A stretch of DNA of 32,000 nucleotides from Vibrio vulnificus CMCP6. Its GTDB lineage: Bacteria > Pseudomonadota > Gammaproteobacteria > Enterobacterales > Vibrionaceae. The notes below the pieces were generated by a model. It saw nothing but the letters and a program-made list of their open reading frames with translations, was not told the origin of the DNA and searched no databases. The DNA is taken from positions 1,320,001 to 1,352,000 of the forward strand of contig NC_004459.3 in the NCBI RefSeq assembly GCF_000039765.1, read 5' to 3'. This document shows, one piece after another, positions 1 through 10,589 of the stretch (position 1 is its first letter; each line of letters begins with the position of its first letter). The position numbers and the translations under genes are program-made.

Positions 1-179
1 ATTATGCACCAATGTTCAAGTTGTTTGATTTGTACGATATTGAGCACGTGTACGTTTGCCAGCAATCGCTGCAGCAACGTGGCTTAACGAGTGAAGATTT
101 GCTCATTGAGGTCGAGGTGGTTGACACTGCGCAGCTACAAGGTGTTCTTCATAACTCGGCGCAACTGCTTTCATTCTAA
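1..179 (+). CDS. tusC: TusC/DsrF sulfurtransferase complex subunit, C-terminal part (5' truncated by window edge)
   Basis: Open frame from position 3 ([36 protein letters not shown]...LLSF*) ends at TAA 177-179, directly upstream of tusB. Confidence 0.8.
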   Translation, partial: YAPMFKLFDLYDIEHVYVCQQSLQQRGLTSEDLLIEVEVVDTAQLQGVLHNSAQLLSF

Positions 180-187
180 GGAATATC

Positions 188-463
188 ATGCTTCATTTGA
201 TTAAGAGCTCTCACGCCTTGGAAGAGGCTCTACTCCTCTGCACGGCTTCTGACGCCATCGTCTTATTGGAAGAAGCGGTTTATGCCGCCACATCTGTGCA
301 CCCATTGCAGTCACTCTTACCTAAACAGGGCGTCTATGTGTTGCACGGTGATGTGCTGGCAAGAGGCCTTGAATCGCGACTAAGCACCAATATCGCCATG
401 GTGGACTACCACCAATTGGTTGATTTAACGGTGGAACATTCACCTTCCCTAACGTGGTCGTAA
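188..463 (+). CDS. tusB: TusB/DsrH sulfurtransferase complex subunit (tRNA 2-thiouridine synthesis)
   Basis: 91 aa ORF MLHLIKSSHALEEALLLCTASDAIVLLEEAVYAA...; canonical position before rpsL. Confidence 0.85.
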   Translation: MLHLIKSSHALEEALLLCTASDAIVLLEEAVYAATSVHPLQSLLPKQGVYVLHGDVLARGLESRLSTNIAMVDYHQLVDLTVEHSPSLTWS

Positions 464-526
464 CCCATTCTTCTGTGCTTGTAGAGGAGAGGAAAACCAG
501 TTGGACAAAAAAGATCCGTATATTTC

Positions 527-555
527 TTGACACACTTCTCACTGCTGCATAGAAT
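527..555 (+). promoter_or_regulatory. Near-consensus sigma-70 promoter for the str operon (TTGACA-17 nt-TAGAAT)
   Basis: TTGACA at 527-532, 17-nt spacer, TAGAAT at 550-555, upstream of rpsL. Confidence 0.75.
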
Positions 556-631
556 TTTGCGTCCCTAACTCGCTTGCGTGGTTGGGGATTAGATTTTTCA
601 CAAAGCTTACTTTAAGTAAATCAGGAGCTAG

Positions 632-1009
<378 letters not shown>

Positions 1010-1102
1010 TGCCCTTCTTGTTACAAGAGAAGCGTTAAGTAAGGCCAAACACTAAAATTAAATTTTAATTTTGAAGAAACTGAAAAGTTTTGGATAACCT
1101 GA

Positions 1103-1597
<495 letters not shown>

Positions 1598-1672
1598 TAC
1601 CTTCTGTGCTGCGAGGTCCTCTCGCAGCACTTTTCTACACTCTAAGGAATCCCTTAGTAAGAGGATACAATC

Positions 1673-3772
1673 GTGGCTCGTAAAACTCCTATTGAGCGCT
1701 ACCGTAACATCGGTATCTGTGCTCACGTAGATGCAGGTAAAACAACCACAACTGAGCGTATTCTGTTCTACACTGGCCTTTCTCACAAAATCGGCGAAGT
1801 TCACGATGGTGCTGCAACCATGGACTGGATGGAGCAGGAGCAGGAGCGTGGTATCACAATCACATCTGCTGCGACTACGACCTTCTGGCGTGGTATGGAA
1901 GCACAATTCCAAGATCATCGCGTAAACATCATTGATACCCCTGGACACGTTGACTTTACTATCGAAGTAGAGCGTTCTCTTCGTGTACTAGATGGTGCTG
2001 TGGTTGTGTTCTGTGGCTCATCTGGTGTTGAACCTCAGTCTGAAACTGTATGGCGTCAAGCAGACAAATACCACGTTCCACGTATGGTATTCGTTAACAA
2101 GATGGACCGTGCAGGCGCAGACTTCCTACGCGTTGTGGACCAAATTAAAAATCGTCTTGGTGCAAATCCTGTTCCGATTCAACTAAACGTTGGTGCGGAA
2201 GAGGACTTTAAAGGTGTCATCGACCTAATCAAGATGAAAATGATCAACTGGAATGAAGCCGATCAAGGCATGACCTTCACTTATGAAGAGATTCCAGCGG
2301 ACATGATCGAACTTGCTGAAGAATGGCGCAACAACCTTGTTGAAGCGGCAGCGGAAGCAAGCGAAGAGCTAATGGATAAGTACCTTGAAGAAGGTGAGCT
2401 GACTGAAGCTGAGATCAAACAAGCCTTACGTGCTCGTACACTAAACAACGAAATCGTACTTGCTACTTGTGGTAGTGCGTTCAAAAACAAAGGTGTTCAA
2501 GCGGTATTGGATGCAGTGATCGAATACTTACCATCGCCAATTGATGTTCCTGCTATCAAGGGTATCGACGAAAATGACAACGAAGTTGAGCGTCATGCTG
2601 ACGACAACGAGCCGTTTTCTGCGTTGGCATTCAAGATTGCAACTGACCCATTTGTAGGAACGCTAACCTTTATTCGTGTCTACTCTGGTGTGGTAAATAC
2701 AGGTGATGCTGTTTACAACTCCGTGAAGCAAAAGAAAGAGCGTTTTGGACGTATCGTTCAGATGCACGCGAATAAACGTGAAGAAATTAAAGAAGTTCGC
2801 GCAGGTGACATCGCAGCAGCGATTGGTCTGAAAGACGTTACAACGGGTGATACTCTCTGTAACTCAGATCATAAAGTGATCCTTGAACGAATGGAATTCC
2901 CTGAGCCAGTGATTCAAATCGCGGTTGAACCGCGTTCGAAAGCTGACCAGGAGAAAATGGGTATTGCACTAGGTAAACTGGCTGCAGAAGATCCATCATT
3001 CCGCGTAGAAACGGATGCGGAAACTGGTCAGACGCTGATCTCTGGTATGGGTGAACTACACCTAGATATCATCGTTGATCGCATGAAGCGTGAATTCAGC
3101 GTGGATTGTAACGTAGGTAAACCTCAGGTTGCTTACCGTGAAACTATTCGTGGTAAATCGGAAGTTGAAGGCAAGTTTGTTCGTCAATCAGGCGGTCGTG
3201 GTCAATATGGTCACGTGTGGATCAAACTTGAACCTTCGGAACCTGGTGCAGGTTTTGTCTTTGTTGATGAAGTGGTTGGTGGTGTTATTCCTAAGGAATA
3301 CATCAGCTCGGTAGCGAAAGGTATCGAAGAACAAATGAATAGTGGTGTGCTAGCGGGTTACCCAGTACTCGATATTAAAGCAACACTATTTGACGGTTCT
3401 TACCACGATGTCGACTCGAGCGAAATGGCGTTTAAGATCGCTGGTTCGATGGCATTCAAGAAGGGCGCACTAGAAGCGCAACCTGTTATTCTTGAGCCTA
3501 TGATGAAGGTTGAAGTAACCACTCCAGAAGACTGGATGGGTGACGTGGTGGGTGACTTGAACCGTCGCCGCGGCATCATTGAAGGTATGGATGAAGGCGT
3601 GGCTGGTCTGAAGATCATTCGCGCTCAAGTGCCACTCTCTGAGATGTTTGGTTACGCTACCGACCTGCGCTCTGCGACTCAAGGTCGTGCCTCTTACTCG
3701 ATGGAATTCTTCGAGTATGCAGAAGTGCCTAAGAACATTGCGGAAGCAATTGTCGCAGAACGTGGCTACTAA
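1673..3772 (+). CDS. fusA: Elongation factor G
   Basis: 699 aa ORF with GTPase motifs ([33 protein letters not shown]). Confidence 0.99.
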   Translation: MARKTPIERYRNIGICAHVDAGKTTTTERILFYTGLSHKIGEVHDGAATMDWMEQEQERGITITSAATTTFWRGMEAQFQDHRVNIIDTPGHVDFTIEVERSLRVLDGAVVVFCGSSGVEPQSETVWRQADKYHVPRMVFVNKMDRAGADFLRVVDQIKNRLGANPVPIQLNVGAEEDFKGVIDLIKMKMINWNEADQGMTFTYEEIPADMIELAEEWRNNLVEAAAEASEELMDKYLEEGELTEAEIKQALRARTLNNEIVLATCGSAFKNKGVQAVLDAVIEYLPSPIDVPAIKGIDENDNEVERHADDNEPFSALAFKIATDPFVGTLTFIRVYSGVVNTGDAVYNSVKQKKERFGRIVQMHANKREEIKEVRAGDIAAAIGLKDVTTGDTLCNSDHKVILERMEFPEPVIQIAVEPRSKADQEKMGIALGKLAAEDPSFRVETDAETGQTLISGMGELHLDIIVDRMKREFSVDCNVGKPQVAYRETIRGKSEVEGKFVRQSGGRGQYGHVWIKLEPSEPGAGFVFVDEVVGGVIPKEYISSVAKGIEEQMNSGVLAGYPVLDIKATLFDGSYHDVDSSEMAFKIAGSMAFKKGALEAQPVILEPMMKVEVTTPEDWMGDVVGDLNRRRGIIEGMDEGVAGLKIIRAQVPLSEMFGYATDLRSATQGRASYSMEFFEYAEVPKNIAEAIVAERGY

Positions 3773-3922
3773 TCGGGAGTATTGATCGTGAAAAAGGTTC
3801 TTTTTTGCAGATCAATACGTCCAAATATTGCGCTGACGAGCGTTGGCGCATAAAATAACAATTTCTGGCGCGTCTCGATCAATTCTGATCGTGGCGAATC
3901 ATAACTAGGAAGGAACACGAAC

Positions 3923-5107
3923 GTGTCTAAAGAAAAATTTGAACGTGTAAAACCGCACGTAAACGTTGGTACTATCGGCCACGTTGACCACGGTAAAACA
4001 ACTCTAACTGCAGCTATCTGTACTACTCTTGCAAAAGTTTACGGCGGTGCTGCTCGTGACTTCGCATCAATCGACAACGCTCCAGAAGAGCGTGAGCGTG
4101 GTATCACAATCTCTACTTCTCACGTAGAGTACGACACTCCAGCTCGCCACTACGCACACGTAGACTGTCCTGGACACGCTGACTATGTTAAAAACATGAT
4201 CACTGGTGCTGCACAGATGGACGGTGGTATCCTAGTTGTTGCTGCGACAGATGGCCCAATGCCACAAACTCGTGAGCACATCCTACTAGGCCGTCAGGTT
4301 GGTATCCCTTACATCATCGTATTCATGAACAAATGTGACATGGTTGATGATGAAGAGCTTCTAGAGCTAGTAGAAATGGAAGTTCGTGAACTTCTATCTG
4401 AGTACGACTTCCCAGGTGATGACCTACCAGTTATCCAAGGTTCTGCACTAGGCGCACTAAACGGCGAAGAGCAGTGGGAAGCGAAAATCATCGAACTAGC
4501 TGAAGCTCTAGATACTTACATCCCAGAGCCAGAGCGTGCAATCGATCTACCATTCCTAATGCCAATCGAAGACGTATTCTCAATCCAAGGTCGTGGTACA
4601 GTAGTAACTGGCCGTATCGAGCGTGGTATTCTGAAAGTTGGTGATGAAGTAGCAATCGTAGGTATCAAAGATACTACAACTACTACATGTACTGGTGTTG
4701 AGATGTTCCGTAAGCTTCTAGACGAAGGTCGTGCGGGTGAGAACGTTGGTGCCCTACTACGTGGTACTAAGCGTGATGAAGTAGAACGTGGCCAAGTACT
4801 TGCTAAGCCAGGTTCAATCACTCCACACACTAAGTTCGAATCAGAAGTATACGTACTTTCTAAAGATGAAGGTGGTCGTCACACTCCATTCTTCAAAGGC
4901 TACCGTCCACAGTTCTACTTCCGTACAACTGACGTAACTGGTGATATCTCTCTACCAGAAGGCGTAGAAATGGTAATGCCTGGTGACAACATCCAAATGG
5001 TTGTTGAGCTAATCTCTCCAATCGCGATGGACGAAGGTCTACGTTTCGCGATCCGTGAAGGTGGCCGTACTGTTGGTGCTGGTGTTGTTGCTAAGATCTT
5101 CGCATAA
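3923..5107 (+). CDS. tuf: Elongation factor Tu
   Basis: 394 aa [38 protein letters not shown]...; follows fusA. Confidence 0.99.
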   Translation: MSKEKFERVKPHVNVGTIGHVDHGKTTLTAAICTTLAKVYGGAARDFASIDNAPEERERGITISTSHVEYDTPARHYAHVDCPGHADYVKNMITGAAQMDGGILVVAATDGPMPQTREHILLGRQVGIPYIIVFMNKCDMVDDEELLELVEMEVRELLSEYDFPGDDLPVIQGSALGALNGEEQWEAKIIELAEALDTYIPEPERAIDLPFLMPIEDVFSIQGRGTVVTGRIERGILKVGDEVAIVGIKDTTTTTCTGVEMFRKLLDEGRAGENVGALLRGTKRDEVERGQVLAKPGSITPHTKFESEVYVLSKDEGGRHTPFFKGYRPQFYFRTTDVTGDISLPEGVEMVMPGDNIQMVVELISPIAMDEGLRFAIREGGRTVGAGVVAKIFA

Positions 5108-5164
5108 TTCTTTGAATTAAACGAAATCTTGCACTCTTCTTCAATTTGAAGAACAGCGCACAAG

Positions 5165-5192
5165 AAAAGAGGAAGCTTTGGCTTCCTCTTTT
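5165..5192 (+). terminator. Rho-independent terminator of the str operon/tuf
   Basis: Perfect 12-bp stem AAAAGAGGAAGC-TTTG-GCTTCCTCTTTT. Confidence 0.9.
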
Positions 5193-5255
5193 CGTTTATA
5201 TAAAACAGAGCTCGCTTAATAACAAAATAGTCTAAAAACACGCATTACATAGCAT

Positions 5256-5274
5256 GGTAATGATAATGATTATC
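5256..5274. promoter_or_regulatory. Fur box upstream of bfd
   Basis: GGTAATGATAATGATTATC matches GATAATGATAATCATTATC at 17 of 19 positions. Confidence 0.8.
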
Positions 5275-5314
5275 TATTATATTTAACATCGTAATTGATA
5301 GGTTGAGTTGTAAT

Positions 5315-5503
5315 ATGTACGTTTGTTTGTGTCATGGTGTTTCAGACAAGAAAATTCGCAAGCTTGTTATTGAGCAAGGTGTTGCGGATATTCGCGGAAT
5401 CAAAAAGTGCACTGCATTGGGAAGTCAATGTGGCAAATGCATACGTATGGCGAAAGAGATTATCAACGAGACTGCTCCGGCACTATTCAAGCAAGCCAGT
5501 TAA
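5315..5503 (+). CDS. bfd: Bacterioferritin-associated ferredoxin (start adjusted from the TTG at 5303 to the ATG at 5315)
   Basis: [18 protein letters not shown]...[18 protein letters not shown]: BFD-like [2Fe-2S] domain with CxC...CxxC cysteines; upstream of bfr. Confidence 0.93.
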   Translation: MYVCLCHGVSDKKIRKLVIEQGVADIRGIKKCTALGSQCGKCIRMAKEIINETAPALFKQAS

Positions 5504-5576
5504 CCTAAACGGCTTTCTTTTTGACACCTTCTCAATTGGTTCTACAGTTATAGAAGCCAAAGAGGAGGGCTATGTC

Positions 5577-6053
5577 ATGAAAGGCGATCCAATAATTATT
5601 CAACATCTCAACAAAGTATTAGGCAATGAACTGATTGCCATCAACCAGTACTTTCTCCATGCCCGCATGTATAAAGATTGGGGGCTCAAGCACCTCGCGG
5701 ACAAGGAATATCACGAATCAATCGATGAGATGAAGCATGCAGACCATCTTGTTGAGCGCATTTTGTTTCTTGAAGGCATCCCAAATCTGCAAGACCTAGG
5801 TAAGCTCATGATTGGCGAAGATACTCAAGAAATGCTGGAGTGCGATTTAAAGCTAGAGATGGCTGCCATTCCCGATCTAAAAGCGGCGATTGCCTACGCA
5901 GAAGATGTGCACGACTATGTGTCACGTGATCTTTTCCAAGATATCTTAGAAGACGAAGAAGAGCATGTGGATTGGCTTGAGACGCAACTAGGCCTTATTC
6001 AATTGACGGGTATTGAAAACTACTTACAGGCCCAGTTTGTTGATGAGGATTAA
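5577..6053 (+). CDS. bfr: Bacterioferritin
   Basis: 158 aa from ATG 5577: [56 protein letters not shown]... The ORF-track N-terminal extension looks spurious. Confidence 0.97.
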   Translation: MKGDPIIIQHLNKVLGNELIAINQYFLHARMYKDWGLKHLADKEYHESIDEMKHADHLVERILFLEGIPNLQDLGKLMIGEDTQEMLECDLKLEMAAIPDLKAAIAYAEDVHDYVSRDLFQDILEDEEEHVDWLETQLGLIQLTGIENYLQAQFVDED

Positions 6054-6088
6054 TCTGACCTCTATTTCTAACGTACCCACAAGCAAAA

Positions 6089-6106
6089 GGCGAGTTCTCA
6101 CTCGCC
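6089..6106. terminator. Possible terminator between convergent bfr and galE
   Basis: GGCGAG-TTCTCA-CTCGCC hairpin; weak T-tract. Confidence 0.5.
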
Positions 6107-6149
6107 CTTATTGTGTTAGCAATACAGCAAAACGTGTCAGTGATGGCGA

Positions 6150-7160
6150 TTACTCATAGCCATTTGGGTTGTTGGATTGCCAACGCCAAGTATCTACCAC
6201 CATGGTCTCTAGTGAGCGTGTCGCTTTCCATCCCAATACTTGTTCCGCATAGGCAGGATCGGCCCAGCATTCAGCAATATCACCGGCACGGCGAGGTTTG
6301 ATTTCGTAAGGAATAGGACGCTGAGCCGCTTTTTCAAAAGCAGCGACCATTTCAAGTACGCTATTCCCTTGGCCGGTACCAAGGTTAAAGATATGCAATC
6401 CTGCTTGCTGCCCCACTTTATTCAAAGCCGCCAAATGACCGTCTGCAAGGTCAATGACGTGAATGTAATCACGAACCCCAGTGCCATCTGGTGTTGGATA
6501 GTCGTCACCAAATACGCCCAGTTTTTCGCGTCGACCAACCGCAACTTGAGCGACAAAGGGCAATAAGTTATTTGGAATGCCTTGAGGATCTTCACCAAGC
6601 AAACCCGACTCGTGAGCGCCAACGGGATTGAAATAACGCAGCAGGGTGATGCTCCAATCAGGATTGGCTTTGTGGAAGTCGGTCAGACACTCTTCCACCA
6701 TCAATTTGCTCCGCCCATAAGGGTTGGTGGCTGAGGTTGGGAAATTTTCACGGATTGGTACGGAGGCGGGATCACCATAGACGGTGGCTGACGAACTGAA
6801 AATAAGGCTCTTAACACCAGCTTTATCCATTTCTCGGACAAGATTTAGGGTGCCTGACACATTGTTATCATAATACATCAGAGGTTTTTCAACCGATTCT
6901 CCTACTGCCTTTAGGCCTGCAAAGTGGATGACGCCCTGGATATCGTGCTGAGCAAAGACGTGTTGCAGAATCTCACTGTCACGAATGTCACCTTGATAGA
7001 AAGTGGGGCGCACGCCTGTGACCTGTTCAATGCGATCGAGTACCAGCAATTTGCTGTTATAAAGATTGTCCAAAATGATGGGCGTCATTCCTGCTTCGAT
7101 CATCTGAATACAGGTGTGGCTGCCAATATAACCGCTGCCACCGGTGACCAGTATGTTCAT
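6150..7160 (-). CDS. galE: UDP-glucose 4-epimerase
   Basis: 336 aa: MNILVTGGSGYIGSHTCIQMIEAGMTPIILDNLYNSK...; extended SDR with GxxGxxG and YGRSK (active-site YxxxK). Confidence 0.95.
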   Translation of the reverse strand: MNILVTGGSGYIGSHTCIQMIEAGMTPIILDNLYNSKLLVLDRIEQVTGVRPTFYQGDIRDSEILQHVFAQHDIQGVIHFAGLKAVGESVEKPLMYYDNNVSGTLNLVREMDKAGVKSLIFSSSATVYGDPASVPIRENFPTSATNPYGRSKLMVEECLTDFHKANPDWSITLLRYFNPVGAHESGLLGEDPQGIPNNLLPFVAQVAVGRREKLGVFGDDYPTPDGTGVRDYIHVIDLADGHLAALNKVGQQAGLHIFNLGTGQGNSVLEMVAAFEKAAQRPIPYEIKPRRAGDIAECWADPAYAEQVLGWKATRSLETMVVDTWRWQSNNPNGYE

Positions 7161-7284
7161 AGTTGTCCTCTGAAATTATATTTCCAATTATCTAGCCAAA
7201 TTAACTTTGTGAGTTTATTAGAAAAGATTCTCGATGAACAGAATAGGGCAAAACCAAATTCGAGAAATGTTGAGGCTAAAATAA

Positions 7285-7312
7285 AGGGCGTATTCCCGAA
7301 GAAATACGCCCT
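7285..7312. terminator. Rho-independent terminator downstream of tpiA
   Basis: Perfect 10-bp inverted repeat AGGGCGTATT ... AATACGCCCT followed on the minus strand by TTAT-rich sequence. Confidence 0.7.
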
Positions 7313-7338
7313 AAATACAAAGATAGGATGGCGTTGAA

Positions 7339-8109
7339 TTACGCTTTCATTTTCGCTGCTGCTTTCGCGATCGCTGCGAAGCTCTTAGCATCTAGAGATG
7401 CGCCACCAACAAGAGCACCATCGATGTCTGGTTGTGCGAAGTAAGCTTCCGCGTTTTCTGGCTTAACAGAACCACCGTATTGGATGATCACTTGCTCTGC
7501 TACTGCAGCATCTTTTGCTGCGATCATCGCACGGATAGAGGCGTGGATACGCTGTGCATCTTCTGCTGTTGCAGCTTTACCTGTACCGATCGCCCAGATT
7601 GGTTCGTAAGCGATGATGGCACCGTTTAGCGCTTCAACACCGTATGCGTCGATCACTGCGTTGATTTGACGTGCACAAACGGCTTCAGTTTCGCCTGCTT
7701 CGTTTTGCGCTTCAGTTTCACCGATACAGAAAACTGGTTTTAGACCATTTTCTTTCAGGAATGCAAACTTCTTCGCTACGAACTCATCTGATTCATTGTG
7801 GTATTCACGACGCTCAGAGTGACCAATAATGATGTGAGTAGCACCAAAGTCTTTTAGCATTGCAGGAGACATGTCGCCAGTGAATGCACCGCTGTTGTTG
7901 ATGTCAGTGTTTTGTGCACCAAGAATGATCTTGTTGCCACCTTCAGCGATTAGGCGCTCTGCAAGGTCGATGTAAAGTGCTGGCGGCGCTACCGCTACGT
8001 CTACACCTTCAACGCCTTCTAGTTCAGCGTTTAGACCAGTTAGCAGTTCAGCAACCATAGTTTTGCTGCCGTTAAGTTTCCAGTTACCCATCACTACAGG
8101 ACGACGCAT
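7339..8109 (-). CDS. tpiA: Triosephosphate isomerase
   Basis: 256 aa: [23 protein letters not shown]...[15 protein letters not shown]...GGSVKPENA... Confidence 0.98.
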   Translation of the reverse strand: MRRPVVMGNWKLNGSKTMVAELLTGLNAELEGVEGVDVAVAPPALYIDLAERLIAEGGNKIILGAQNTDINNSGAFTGDMSPAMLKDFGATHIIIGHSERREYHNESDEFVAKKFAFLKENGLKPVFCIGETEAQNEAGETEAVCARQINAVIDAYGVEALNGAIIAYEPIWAIGTGKAATAEDAQRIHASIRAMIAAKDAAVAEQVIIQYGGSVKPENAEAYFAQPDIDGALVGGASLDAKSFAAIAKAAAKMKA

Positions 8110-8411
8110 AGGAATATCTCCATATCTTTATTGAATCGAAGTCTTCACAGGCGAACCAATGAAGCCAATTTATGTAAAAAATCTACGTAGGAATATAACA
8201 GAAATATGTGGATAGATCATGACTCGTGTCATTTCTTGTCGCTTTCTTTGGCTGGTCAGAGCGCGTCAAACTCACTGATATTTCGCTCAGACGAAAACGA
8301 TTGGTGATCTATCCTGCATAACCATAGCCAATTACTCGGAATTTGTCGGTGAGCTTGGTATTACTCTATGTCAGCGTTACCAATCGAAAATCGGCAACAA
8401 AAGGAAGTATC

Positions 8412-8759
8412 ATGCCAAATCTAGTCTTAGAGTATTCAAATTCCGTTGAAGAACGCGTCAATATTCCCGGTTTATTGGAGGATCTTCACCACATTGCCAT
8501 CAAAAGTGGCTTGTTCGACGCGCCATCGGTTAAGTCGCGAACGCTGCGCTGCCACCATTGGTTGATCGGAGAAGAAGGGGACAGTGTCGACTTTATTCAT
8601 GTTAGCTTTGATTTATTATCAGGACGAACCGAAGAACAAAAACGAGAACTCTCGCGCCAATTGATGGCAGCTCTTCAGGAAACCGCTAGCCATGTGCGCA
8701 GTTTGACGGTGAATATTCGAGATATGGATAAGGATAGTTTTCAGAAGGTGGTAAACTGA
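8412..8759 (+). CDS. 5-carboxymethyl-2-hydroxymuconate isomerase-like/tautomerase-superfamily protein
   Basis: 115 aa from ATG 8412: MPNLVLEYSNSVEERVNIPGLLEDLHHIAIKSGLFD...; N-terminal Pro after Met, typical of tautomerase-fold CHMI proteins. Confidence 0.7.
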   Translation: MPNLVLEYSNSVEERVNIPGLLEDLHHIAIKSGLFDAPSVKSRTLRCHHWLIGEEGDSVDFIHVSFDLLSGRTEEQKRELSRQLMAALQETASHVRSLTVNIRDMDKDSFQKVVN

Positions 8760-8816
8760 TCCCCATTGCGTTACTTTTTGGGTAACGGTGGTGTATCTGG
8801 TTTGGGATTGTATTTG

Positions 8817-9239
8817 ATGTCGTTAAAAGAACTGCTTTTTTCTTTCCAAGGTCGTATCGGCCGTAAAACATATTGGCTTTGGAATTTGTGTTATTACTTG
8901 GGTATTTTGGGTTTTGTGACCGCAGTGTCGAAGTTATTCCCTGCCTATAGCTATATTTTGCTACCGATCTTCTTACTGGCTTTACTCATCCCAGATTTAG
9001 CGGTGACTACAAAACGCTGGCATGACCGCAATAAATCGGCGTATTGGTTAGTACTGAACATACCTTTGATCTTAGGCCGTTTGGCGACGCCTTTGTCTGC
9101 TCCTTTAGCACAAGAGCCGAGTGGCATGGAGACATTGATTGGCTCGATAGCGTTGCTATGTGGTGCTTGGATTTTGTTAGAGTGTGGTTTTCTCAAAGGG
9201 ACAGAAGGCAGCAACCGTTATGGCGAGCCTGAACGCTAA
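8817..9239 (+). CDS. DUF805-family inner membrane protein
   Basis: From ATG 8817: MSLKELLFSFQGRIGRKTYWLWNLCYYLGILGF...; FxGRIGRKxYW signature and hydrophobic helices. Confidence 0.8.
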   Translation: MSLKELLFSFQGRIGRKTYWLWNLCYYLGILGFVTAVSKLFPAYSYILLPIFLLALLIPDLAVTTKRWHDRNKSAYWLVLNIPLILGRLATPLSAPLAQEPSGMETLIGSIALLCGAWILLECGFLKGTEGSNRYGEPER

Positions 9240-9261
9240 CTAAGAGATTGAATCGTATCTG

Positions 9262-9297
9262 AAACCAATAAGGCCCCATTGTGGGCCTTATTGGTTT
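9262..9297. terminator. Bidirectional Rho-independent terminator
   Basis: Perfect 15-bp stem AAACCAATAAGGCCC-CATTGT-GGGCCTTATTGGTTT between convergent genes. Confidence 0.85.
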
Positions 9298-9306
9298 TCG
9301 CTCAAA

Positions 9307-9648
9307 CTAATAAAAGCCTTTGGGTGCAAAAGGTATCACTTCTGCGCTGGGTGCTTGTAATTCTGAGCCATCACTGTCCAGTGCTTCACGAAATTTGACC
9401 ATCTGTTTGGTTAACTCATTCATCAAAACCACGTTAGTGTGGACGGGGTTTTTACAACGGCTAATCACCAAATCGATATGGCTTTGCTGTGCAAGTAACC
9501 TCTCTCTCATGGCCTCAGAAGCTGATTGAATCATCTCCTGACACATATCTTGCTTGAATTGATTAAACGCATCTGGATTCTCTGCGGCGAGCGCCATCAT
9601 CTCATCAAACGATGGTAACTGTTGCTCCGTTTGAAGACTGCCCATAAC
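9307..9648 (-). CDS. Small conserved protein, DUF3135-like
   Basis: Start adjusted to ATG at 9648 (MGSLQTEQQLPSFDEMMALAAENPDAFNQFKQDMCQEMI...), preceded by a GGGAGAG Shine-Dalgarno. Confidence 0.65.
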   Translation of the reverse strand, partial: VMGSLQTEQQLPSFDEMMALAAENPDAFNQFKQDMCQEMIQSASEAMRERLLAQQSHIDLVISRCKNPVHTNVVLMNELTKQMVKFREALDSDGSELQAPSAEVIPFAPKGFY

Positions 9649-9890
9649 GACTCTCCCTGTGTTCTGCTGTTGATAAAATAAACAGTATCTATACACAAAG
9701 CATATGTCAGATTCGGTAAATGGAAAGGGAGGAAATTGCTTGTCCAAAAAATGATACAGTGAGTTCGACTTTGAGATGAGCAGAGTTAGATGGTCGATGA
9801 AGAGAGAAGCGTCTCTACTCCTGGAGATTATCAAGCCTTTTCTTTACTAATCCTATGGCGCATAATATCTGCACAGGGCAAGAGGGAAAC

Positions 9891-10517
9891 ATGAAGACCA
9901 TAGATAGGATCATTCAATCCATAAAACGAGATGGGGCGGTTACCGCAAAGCAAATAGCGACTGATTTGGGTATGACAACCATGGGGGCCCGCCAACATTT
10001 GCAGAGTCTGGAAGAGGATGGTCTGGTGCATTTTCACGATGTGAAGGTGAAAATCGGCCGTCCAACTCGTCATTGGTCTTTAACGCAAAAGGGACATGAG
10101 CAGTTTGCTGATCGCCATGGCGAGTTAACGATTCAGGTTATCGATGCCGTAGAGGCGTTGTTTGGTGCTGAGGGCCTAGCAAAGGTGGCGGCAGAGCGTG
10201 AACAAAAAACGTTTTTGCACTATCAAAAGGCGTTAGCTACGTGTTTGGATCTGACCAGTCGACTCGAAACGCTTACCCTGATGAGAGAAGAAGAAGGCTA
10301 CATGGCAGAGCTAGAAAAGACGGATGAAGGCTACCTGCTGACGGAAAACCATTGCCCGATCTGTAAAGCGGCGCAACGCTGCCCAAGTTTGTGTCAGTCG
10401 GAGTTGAATGTGTTCCAAAAGTTGCTTGGTGATGAGTGCCACATCGAGCGCAGTGAGCACATTATTGAAGGCCAGAGGCGTTGTGCTTACCGCATTATAA
10501 TCGCGAATGGTGGATAG
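9891..10517 (+). CDS. ArsR/DeoR-like winged-helix transcriptional regulator with C-terminal cysteine cluster (SufR-like)
   Basis: From ATG 9891: MKTIDRIIQSIKRDGAVTAKQIATDLGMTTMGARQHLQSLEEDGLVHF...GRPTRHWSLTQKG...CPICKAAQRCPSLCQSEL... Confidence 0.75.
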   Translation: MKTIDRIIQSIKRDGAVTAKQIATDLGMTTMGARQHLQSLEEDGLVHFHDVKVKIGRPTRHWSLTQKGHEQFADRHGELTIQVIDAVEALFGAEGLAKVAAEREQKTFLHYQKALATCLDLTSRLETLTLMREEEGYMAELEKTDEGYLLTENHCPICKAAQRCPSLCQSELNVFQKLLGDECHIERSEHIIEGQRRCAYRIIIANGG

Positions 10518-10543
10518 ATATTCTGTGTAAGACTTTTAATGAA

Positions 10544-10568
10544 GAGGGCTGCCTATTAGGCAGCCCTC
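10544..10568. terminator. Bidirectional terminator between the SufR-like gene and glpX
   Basis: GAGGGCTGCC-TATTA-GGCAGCCCTC, 10-bp perfect stem. Confidence 0.8.
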
Positions 10569-10589
10569 CTTTCATGTTCTCTTTGTATG

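Noticed and set aside
5334-5576. N-terminal extension of the bacterioferritin ORF
   Set aside because: It overlaps bfd in another frame. The ATG at 5577 with GAGGAGGG upstream gives the expected 158-aa Bfr.
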